Source of the DNA: Promethearchaeota archaeon
Lineage (GTDB): Archaea; Asgardarchaeota; Lokiarchaeia; Sigyniarchaeales; SOKP01
Reading direction: 5' to 3'
DNA: 64,000 bases
Assembly (NCBI GenBank): GCA_048941285.1
Contig: JBHLNS010000012.1
Coordinates: 8,859-72,858 of the forward strand
In this document: positions 56,809 to 64,000 of the stretch, piece by piece
Numbering within the stretch: position 1 is the first letter of the stretch
How the letters are laid out: every line of letters begins with the position of its first letter
Translations under genes and position numbers: made by a program
Notes under the pieces: model-generated
Told to the model about the DNA's origin: nothing
Database searches by the model: none
Seen by the model: the letters and a program-made list of their open reading frames with translations, nothing else

Positions 56809-58254
56809 ATGCCTTTAAAAACACCTGAACAGTATTTAGAAAGTATAAAGCGCCCGGTAAATTTATATTTGTTTGGAGAAAAAGTCAAGGAGTTTTGGAA
56901 GCATCCTATTATCAAACCTTCAATTAGCACTGTAATGAAGATTTACGAATTAGCCCAAATGGATGAATATAAAGATTTAATGACTGCAAAATCCCATTTA
57001 ACGGGGGATGTAATTAATAGGTTTACACATATTCACCAATCTATTGATGATCTCATTAAAAAAGTTAAGATGCAGAGATTATTAGGCCAACAGACTGCAT
57101 GTTGTTTCCAAAGATGTGTCGGATTTGATGCTGCAAATGCTTTATATAGCACTACTTATGAAATGGATAAGAAAAATGGTACTAATTATCATGAACGGTT
57201 CAAAAAATATTGGATAGATGTTCAAACAGAAGATTTAATGGTTGATGGAGCAATGACTGATACAAAAGGTGATAGGAGTAAAAGACCCAAGGAACAATCA
57301 GACCCCGACGCTTTTTTGCACATAATAGATGAAAAGGATGATGGGATTATAGTTAGAGGTGCTAAGGTCCATCAAACAGGGTTTCTTAATTCCCATAGAG
57401 TTATTGTTATGCCTACTCTAGCACTGAGACAAGGTGAAGAAGATTATGCTGTTAGTTTTGGAGTTGATACAAATGAAAAAGGTATTACATTAATCTATGG
57501 AAGGCAATCATGTGACACTAGGAAAATTGAAGAAGGAAAATTAGATATAGGGAACTTCAAATATGGTGGTCAAGAAATTTTTGTAATTTTTGATGATGTA
57601 TTTGTTCCAAATGAAAATGTCTTTATGAAGGGTGAAATTGAATTCTCAGGAGAATTAGTTAATCGTTTTGCTGGATTTCATAGACAATCTTATGGGGGTT
57701 GTAAGGTTGGAGTTGGAGATGTGCTTATTGGAGCGACAGCTCTAATTTCAGAATACAATGGTACTGAAAAGGCATCTCATATAAGAGATAAACTTGTTGA
57801 AATGTCTCATTTGAATGAAACATTGTATAGTTGTGGAATTGCTTGTAGTTCATTAGGATTTCAAAGAGAAGCTGGTAATTATGAAATGGATATGTTATTA
57901 GCAAATGTATGTAAACAAAATGTTACGCGATTTCCTTATGAAATTGGAAGACTTGCAGAAGATATTGCAGGAGGGATGATTTGTACAATGCCATCTGAAG
58001 AAGATCTTAAATCGGAAGAAATTGGGCCATTAATTGAAAAATATCTGACAACCTGTGAAGGAATATGTGCCGAAGATAGATACAAAGTCTTACGTTTTAT
58101 TGAAAACTTAACAATGGGTGTAGCATCAGTTAGTTATAGAACAGAATCTATGCATGGGGCGGGATCTCCTCAAGCACAAAGAATTATGATTTCACGCCAA
58201 TCTAATTTAGAAGAAAAAAAGAAATTAGTAAAAAAAATCCTTGAAATTAAATAA
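56809..58254 (+). CDS. abfD: 4-hydroxybutyryl-CoA dehydratase
   Basis: CFQRCVG.DA, MTDTKGDRSKRP, HRQSYGGCKVG and ESMHGAGSPQAQR. Confidence 0.92.
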   Translation: MPLKTPEQYLESIKRPVNLYLFGEKVKEFWKHPIIKPSISTVMKIYELAQMDEYKDLMTAKSHLTGDVINRFTHIHQSIDDLIKKVKMQRLLGQQTACCFQRCVGFDAANALYSTTYEMDKKNGTNYHERFKKYWIDVQTEDLMVDGAMTDTKGDRSKRPKEQSDPDAFLHIIDEKDDGIIVRGAKVHQTGFLNSHRVIVMPTLALRQGEEDYAVSFGVDTNEKGITLIYGRQSCDTRKIEEGKLDIGNFKYGGQEIFVIFDDVFVPNENVFMKGEIEFSGELVNRFAGFHRQSYGGCKVGVGDVLIGATALISEYNGTEKASHIRDKLVEMSHLNETLYSCGIACSSLGFQREAGNYEMDMLLANVCKQNVTRFPYEIGRLAEDIAGGMICTMPSEEDLKSEEIGPLIEKYLTTCEGICAEDRYKVLRFIENLTMGVASVSYRTESMHGAGSPQAQRIMISRQSNLEEKKKLVKKILEIK

Positions 58255-58347
58255 CAATATTCTAAATTTACTTCTTTTTTTATTATTAAATGAGCTTAAT
58301 GAAAATTATATATAATTTTAAAAATAAAAATTAAATAGGTGTAAATA

Positions 58348-59988
58348 GTGGTTAAATTCAAAAGAGGTCACCTTTATTATCCTGAAATCTCTATTCATAA
58401 AATTTTAGAAGATACGGCTAGGAGATTTCCAGACAAACTAGCTTTTTTATATCCCAAAGAACTAACTTTTAAACAATTTAAACAAAAAGTAGATATATTC
58501 GCTACTATATTAAAAAATTTAGGGGTTAAGAAGGGAGACCGAGTTGCTTTATATAGCCCAAATTCAATCCCTTGGGAAATTTCTTTCTTTGGATTAGAAA
58601 AAGCTGGTGCAATTCTTGTACCTATGAACCCACAATTCAAAAAAAATGAAGTAGAATATGAAGCAAATGATTCTGGAGCAGAAACGATAATAGTTTCCCA
58701 ACATGAATATCCAAATGTAGCAGCAGTTAAGGATAGAACAAACATTAAAAACATTATAGTAATACCATCAGAAGAAATACCAAGTGTACCAAATGGAACT
58801 TTTAATTGGTCAGATATGATGGAAAAAACAAAACCAAATCCACCAGAATACGAATTCAATGCAAAAGAGGATCTTTCAGCTTTAGTATATACGAGTGGAA
58901 CAACTGGTTTGCCAAAAGGGACTATGCTTACTCATTATAATATAGTATCAAATATAGTTCAAATCTCTCAAACATTTGAGTTAAGTGAATTGGATATTGC
59001 TATAATAGTGCTCCCTCTTTATCATATTTATGGTTTAAATGTTGGAATGAACCAAGCAATCTTATTAGGTGCTGCGCAGGTTGTGATGCCTCGTTTTAAT
59101 GTAGAAGAATTTTGTGAACTCCTTGAAAAATATCAAGTTACTTATAGTCTTTGCGTACCTCCAATATTTCTTGAAGTAGTTAGACATCTAGAAGATCCAG
59201 ATATAAAAGGATATAATTGGGAGAATTTAAAAATCTTTAACAATGGTGCTGCACCAATCCCTCTTGAACTTCTTGAAAGATTTGATAAACTTGCAAAACT
59301 GAAATGTAATGCTAAAGAAGCAACTATCCAACACGGTTGGGGTTTGACTGAGGCCTCTCCAGTTGTAGCTGTGAATCCAATGTATCGTCGTAAAATGGAA
59401 TCTCAAGGTACTTTACTTTCAGATACATTTCATAAAATTATTGATTTAAAGACAGGTCTAGAAATACCTGAACGTGGTCAGGTTGGTGAGTTAGTTATTA
59501 AGGGACCTCAAGTAATGAAAGGATATTGGAATAAACCTGAAGCAACAGAAGAAGCATTTTGGATTGACCCAAATACGGGTGAAAAATGGCTGAGAACTGG
59601 CGATATGGCCTATATAGATGAAGATGAGTATGAACATCTTTTAGATCGAATCAAAGAAATGATAAAATATAAAGGTTGGAGCATTGCACCTGCTGAGCTT
59701 GAGGACTTACTTTTTAAAAATCCACACGTATTTGATGCTGCTGTTATTGGTAAACCCTCTACTGAATTAGATATTGGTCAAATCCCGAAGGCTTATATAA
59801 TATTAAAACCTGAATCTAAAGATAAAGTAAATGAGCAGGAGATTATGAATTGGGTTGCTGAAAGAATTTCTGCTTACAAGAAAATTCGTGAAGTTGAGTT
59901 TGTTGACAAAATTCCAAAATCAGGTTCGGGTAAAATATTACGTCGAGAGCTAGTTGAACAAGAAAAAAATAAACTTAAAATAAATTAA
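58348..59988 (+). CDS. Long-chain fatty acid--CoA ligase (AMP-forming)
   Basis: YTSGTTGLPKG, GWGLTE, RTGD and PKSGSGKILRR. Confidence 0.93.
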   Translation: MVKFKRGHLYYPEISIHKILEDTARRFPDKLAFLYPKELTFKQFKQKVDIFATILKNLGVKKGDRVALYSPNSIPWEISFFGLEKAGAILVPMNPQFKKNEVEYEANDSGAETIIVSQHEYPNVAAVKDRTNIKNIIVIPSEEIPSVPNGTFNWSDMMEKTKPNPPEYEFNAKEDLSALVYTSGTTGLPKGTMLTHYNIVSNIVQISQTFELSELDIAIIVLPLYHIYGLNVGMNQAILLGAAQVVMPRFNVEEFCELLEKYQVTYSLCVPPIFLEVVRHLEDPDIKGYNWENLKIFNNGAAPIPLELLERFDKLAKLKCNAKEATIQHGWGLTEASPVVAVNPMYRRKMESQGTLLSDTFHKIIDLKTGLEIPERGQVGELVIKGPQVMKGYWNKPEATEEAFWIDPNTGEKWLRTGDMAYIDEDEYEHLLDRIKEMIKYKGWSIAPAELEDLLFKNPHVFDAAVIGKPSTELDIGQIPKAYIILKPESKDKVNEQEIMNWVAERISAYKKIREVEFVDKIPKSGSGKILRRELVEQEKNKLKIN

Positions 59989-60047
59989 AGTACTTGTCTC
60001 TCTTTTTATTATTTCCTCTTACTTTAGATTAAATCATCATAATATTT

Positions 60048-62900
60048 TTATACATTATTTTTTTTTGAAGTTATTAGCATAGATTTTATATGATTCATAA
60101 AATCTTCATTTGAACATATTGCATGCAATTCTTTTTTTGCCGTTTCTGCCATATCATTCTTTTCTCTAAAATTAAAGGGAGAGATGATTCCCGAAGAGCT
60201 TTTCTTCTTTAATTCTTCAATTATTTTGTCTATTTCTTTAGTGAAATCACTTAAATTTTCCAAATAATCATATAATGCTGCTGGGAGGTTGGGATGTATT
60301 TTTTTTAGAGAATCTGAATATTTTAAAAGAGTTTTTGAGAAATTTATTCTTAAATTAAGAATTTCACCTACTTCTTCTGTTTTATTAAGAAGGTTAAACA
60401 TGGTATCATAGAATTTGAGTTCATTTTTATCCCTATTAAGAAACTTATTTAAATTTCTGATCTTATCAGTCGTGTCCCACTCTTGCATCCCTTCATATTC
60501 TTTAATTTTATTTTCAGCTTCTTTAATTTCTAAGTTAAGCTGTTCAAGTTTAAAATCACTTAGATAAGTATCTAATTTCATTATCTTCTTTTGATATTCT
60601 TGTTCATCGAGAATAGTTCTAGTGATCTCAAAAACTTCTGGCAAACAATCATACAAATACTTTAATAACGCAATATATATTGTATGTTCTGTATTTGCTA
60701 TAGGTCTTTCAAAAAATTCAATAGCTTCTATATTATCACTAAGTTCAACTAAAGTTTTAAAGAATTTTCTAACAGTCAACATATTTTTTTGAGCATCCAT
60801 AGCTATTGAATACATTTCTTCAAAATACTTTTTATAGAACCTCCTTGCTAAATCAAGTTCAATCAAAAAGTTATTAACTAGATGTATTAATTCTACTGAA
60901 ACTCCCGGTTTCTTGTAATCTTCACCAATATCCCTCAACTTTTCTTCCTCTCTAACTGTAATCATTTTTACAATAAATTCTGGAAAATCTTTCATTATTA
61001 TGTCATAGGTTTTAATGAAATATCTCTTTTTAGTTAGTATAGGAATAATTGTATTTATTGTCATAGTTTGCTTTTGAATGGCTTTTAAATCTTCTTCTAG
61101 GATTCTATTAATATGATCATCAATTTTCTTTTTATTTTCTAAATTTGAGACCTTTCTATCTTTTATTAATTGGTTAAGACGAATTCCTCTTATTTGGGCA
61201 TTTCTACCACCAAAAATTTCAACAAATATACCTCCAAGGATTCTAAGAGCTAAAGCTCCAGCTAATATTTTATCTTTCTCTTCATCTTGCAAAATCTGAT
61301 TAGTTAACATATTCATAAGTCTGAACATGAATGTCTTTTCTTTTTCTCTGGGTAATTCGGTAATTTTTGTTTGATATTTCTCAATAACTTGATCCATTGG
61401 ATATTTATTCTCCCATATTAAGTCCAATATTCGATCTCCTTCAGCTTTTGGAAGAATATCTAAATAACGAGGGATTATTTCTATTAAAGCTTTCGCCCAA
61501 TTTGAATGTTCGACAGTTAATGGGATTTCTTCATGAAAATCTGCTAATAATTCATGAATCAATCCTCCTTGTTCTAAAATTTTTGGACCACTATATCTAC
61601 CTAACGTATGTACTAAAATTTCATCAAATGTTGGTTCCAATGAAAAAGGCATACGAACTTCTATTTTCTTTAGAAATTCTAAATATAAATCAAATAATCC
61701 ACGAACTTTATGATTCGATCTGTTAATAATGAATTGATTAACCTCTGCTTTATTTAAATCTTCAATCTCCACCAAAGAATTAGCAAACATGATTGCTCCA
61801 TTAAATATCAATTCTACTTTTTCAGGTTCATAATATGATGCTGTTTCTGAATATTTGAATAAATATTTCGCAATATCAGAACCAAGATACTCTCTATGTT
61901 GCTCTGGAATTTGATTTATAGCATCCATTAGCTCATTCATGAGCATTTGAATCATATCCTGTCCAAGAATCAATGAATATTTTTTTTCTGCCCTTTTTAA
62001 AAATGCTTCTACATCAGAAAATTGAATTCGCTCTTTTTCTGCCCCATATAAGTGAATTAAAATATCTTCAAGTTCATTACTTTTTTCTAATATATTTCCT
62101 GATTTAACTTCCTCTAAAAGCTCCTTGAATAGATCGACTAAAGAATGTAATTTATTATTACTTCTTATTCTTATTTCCTGACTAAGTTGATCCCATGTTT
62201 TTCCACCCAAATCTCTTATTGAGTTAGAAAATAGTAAAACATGAGTAAATATGCTATCTAATGTTTCTGTAGAAAAATTATCGACATTTTCTGAAAGTTT
62301 AAATAAATATTTTGAAATTTCGGAGCTCATTTGATCCCGATGTAAATCATCGATTTGCTCTAGTGAAGTCTTGAGTTTTTCCGAATACGCTTGAAATTTT
62401 TCTTCTCCCAATCTCTCTGAAAGATTCTTATCAGCTCGCTTGAGAAATAATTCAATATCATTCATCTGGGTGACTTCTGCTTTTCCACCAAGCATGTATG
62501 TCATTAAATCTTCAAATGTTTCGAGATTTTCTATAGCCTCACCTTTTTTCGCTCTTATGACAAAAGCATTTAGCAAATCGGAAAGATTGCGCATTTCATT
62601 ATTACTTCTATTTATTAACATCTGATTCACTTGATTTCTTTCCTTATTTACTAAATCTTTCAATAATTCTGCAAATATGTAAAAAGAATTTAAAACTGCC
62701 TCGGTAATGGCAGGTGAAACATCCTCAATTTCTTGTGAGTAATTAAATAAGAATTTTGGTATTTCTGAGCCAATTACTCTTCTAAATTTAGCGGGAATTT
62801 CATTAGTAGCTTTTTTGATATTATTTAAAATTGAAATTGTCTTATCTTCACCCAATTTTTCCTTAAAAGAACGTTCAGCTCGTTTTAAAAATACTTCCAT
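60048..62900 (-). CDS. Large helical hypothetical protein with three 148-aa N-terminal repeats
   Basis: FLKRA / S.I.K.LF / RSN units start at aa 1, 149 and 297. Helical and coiled-coil C-terminal half. Confidence 0.8.
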   Translation of the reverse strand: MEVFLKRAERSFKEKLGEDKTISILNNIKKATNEIPAKFRRVIGSEIPKFLFNYSQEIEDVSPAITEAVLNSFYIFAELLKDLVNKERNQVNQMLINRSNNEMRNLSDLLNAFVIRAKKGEAIENLETFEDLMTYMLGGKAEVTQMNDIELFLKRADKNLSERLGEEKFQAYSEKLKTSLEQIDDLHRDQMSSEISKYLFKLSENVDNFSTETLDSIFTHVLLFSNSIRDLGGKTWDQLSQEIRIRSNNKLHSLVDLFKELLEEVKSGNILEKSNELEDILIHLYGAEKERIQFSDVEAFLKRAEKKYSLILGQDMIQMLMNELMDAINQIPEQHREYLGSDIAKYLFKYSETASYYEPEKVELIFNGAIMFANSLVEIEDLNKAEVNQFIINRSNHKVRGLFDLYLEFLKKIEVRMPFSLEPTFDEILVHTLGRYSGPKILEQGGLIHELLADFHEEIPLTVEHSNWAKALIEIIPRYLDILPKAEGDRILDLIWENKYPMDQVIEKYQTKITELPREKEKTFMFRLMNMLTNQILQDEEKDKILAGALALRILGGIFVEIFGGRNAQIRGIRLNQLIKDRKVSNLENKKKIDDHINRILEEDLKAIQKQTMTINTIIPILTKKRYFIKTYDIIMKDFPEFIVKMITVREEEKLRDIGEDYKKPGVSVELIHLVNNFLIELDLARRFYKKYFEEMYSIAMDAQKNMLTVRKFFKTLVELSDNIEAIEFFERPIANTEHTIYIALLKYLYDCLPEVFEITRTILDEQEYQKKIMKLDTYLSDFKLEQLNLEIKEAENKIKEYEGMQEWDTTDKIRNLNKFLNRDKNELKFYDTMFNLLNKTEEVGEILNLRINFSKTLLKYSDSLKKIHPNLPAALYDYLENLSDFTKEIDKIIEELKKKSSSGIISPFNFREKNDMAETAKKELHAICSNEDFMNHIKSMLITSKKNNV

Positions 62901-63197
62901 AATTAAATCACTTTTAAATGCCTGAAAATGTTAGAAATACAATATTTAGTTAAATTTAATTCATTAATTCAATCAGATAATTAAATAACCTAAATAATCA
63001 ATTTAAATTTATGTTTAAGAATAATCGGAATTTGATTTTACTGCATTAATTTTAAAATCCTTCAAAATAACAGTAAATAATCTCTTCAATTTATGATTAT
63101 TTTCCAAAACCCAGATTATAATTAAAGATGATTTTTAATTAAGAGAGTATTTTTAATACTATATTAAAAAAAAAAATGAAATTTTGGAGTTTTATGT

Positions 63198-64000
63198 ATG
63201 GTAATTACCATTAATGAAAAATATCGGGAAGCTGCTCATATATTAATTAAAGCGGGAGGTTTTCCCTATCCGATTACAGATATCATGCTTGATATTTTAA
63301 AGTTCAATATAAAGAAAGAACATTTAGATCTTGTAATTTCTTTTAAGAATAATATTTCACAGACAATTGAACAATTGAAGGAGAGTAGTAGATTATCTGA
63401 AGAGGAAATTTTAAAGAAAGCTGATGATCTAGCGAAGAGAGGTGTGATATTCAATCAACAAAATCGACAAGGAATTATGGTTTATCGCCTTTTGCCAATT
63501 GCAAGACAGTTTGAATATATTTTTATGAAAAAACTTGATAAGACAGAAGAAAACAATTACTTAGCAAATTTATTTCATGAATTTAATGAAGAAAATAGGG
63601 AGCTAGTCCTATCCAATTATCATAGATTTGAATCATCTTTAAATGATATTTCCCCTACAGATAGAACAGTACCAATCTTACAGAATCGAGAAACAGGCGA
63701 AGAACTCAATATCGTTTTAAATGAAGAATTAGAACCCCCTTTAGAAGAAATATTACCAACCCAAAAAATTGAAAAATTAATTGACAAATATGATGATATC
63801 GCTGTAGGATATTGTTATTGTCGACAACATAATGAATTTTTGGGAAGTCCTTGCAAACAAATTGAACTTATTCCAAGTTGTTTTACTTTAGGTAAATCTG
63901 CTAGACACACATCAACCCACGGTTTTTCAAAATTAGTTTCTAAAGAGGAAGCATTAAAGATTTTAAAACAATGCGAAGAAGCCGGATTAGTTCATAAAGC
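63198..64000 (+). CDS. wHTH + Cys-rich 4Fe-4S-binding family protein, partial (runs off the window end)
   Basis: Open frame from ATG 63198 (MVITINEKYREAAH...) to the window end, not in the ORF track. Contains L...ADDLAKRGVIF, CYCR...C...C and SKEEALKILKQCEEAGLVH. Confidence 0.8.
   Translation, partial: MVITINEKYREAAHILIKAGGFPYPITDIMLDILKFNIKKEHLDLVISFKNNISQTIEQLKESSRLSEEEILKKADDLAKRGVIFNQQNRQGIMVYRLLPIARQFEYIFMKKLDKTEENNYLANLFHEFNEENRELVLSNYHRFESSLNDISPTDRTVPILQNRETGEELNIVLNEELEPPLEEILPTQKIEKLIDKYDDIAVGYCYCRQHNEFLGSPCKQIELIPSCFTLGKSARHTSTHGFSKLVSKEEALKILKQCEEAGLVHK

Noticed and set aside
48486-58254. Mutase + AbfD + CoA ligase read as a 3-hydroxypropionate/4-hydroxybutyrate carbon-fixation cluster
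   Set aside because: No carboxylase or reductase genes are present, the genes are not co-operonic, and all have common fermentative roles.
14508-63454. Other short overlapping ORFs in the track (14508, 16729, 25569, 28373, 30148, 32988, 34587, 36313, 37299, 41684, 42131, 45038, 53261, 58395, 61397, 62440, 63266)
   Set aside because: All overlap confident genes on the other strand or frame and have no protein-like motifs. The ORF at 63266 is antisense to the real gene starting at 63198.
1-64000. Mobile elements, rRNA and tRNA genes
   Set aside because: No transposase or integrase motifs, terminal repeats or extended GC-rich structured regions were seen by eye. tRNAscan-SE and Infernal would be needed to exclude them formally.

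Overview
AT-rich (about 30% GC by eye), gene-dense archaeal DNA, most consistent with an Asgard archaeon of the Lokiarchaeia type. The basis is two Rab-like small GTPases, TPR/longin-like, HEAT and LRR proteins, an SCP2 protein, archaeal-type split Por subunits, TATA/BRE-like promoters and oligo-T terminators. Most genes are heterotrophic metabolism: peptidases, GH20 and GH5 glycosidases, a KdgK/BKACE/SDR/Gfo catabolic cluster, a 2-oxoacid:ferredoxin oxidoreductase, two 4-hydroxybutyryl-CoA dehydratase paralogs, methylmalonyl-CoA mutase, acyl-CoA ligases, pyrG and guaAB. I saw no rRNA, tRNA, CRISPR array or transposase. Five observations stand out. (1) A candidate archaeal RiPP locus: a 75-aa peptide directly upstream of a B12-binding radical SAM enzyme with an extra Cys-rich SPASM-like C-terminus. 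(2) A circularly permuted PorB beta subunit cut inside the ThDP-binding motif. (3) A duplicated promoter, leader ORF and hairpin module ahead of two secreted HEXXH metalloproteases. (4) A tandem-wHTH/TPR regulator facing a palindromic operator, micro-ORFs and a strong hairpin. (5) Probable ATA and CTG start codons. All product calls come from motif recognition by eye; no database searches were run.
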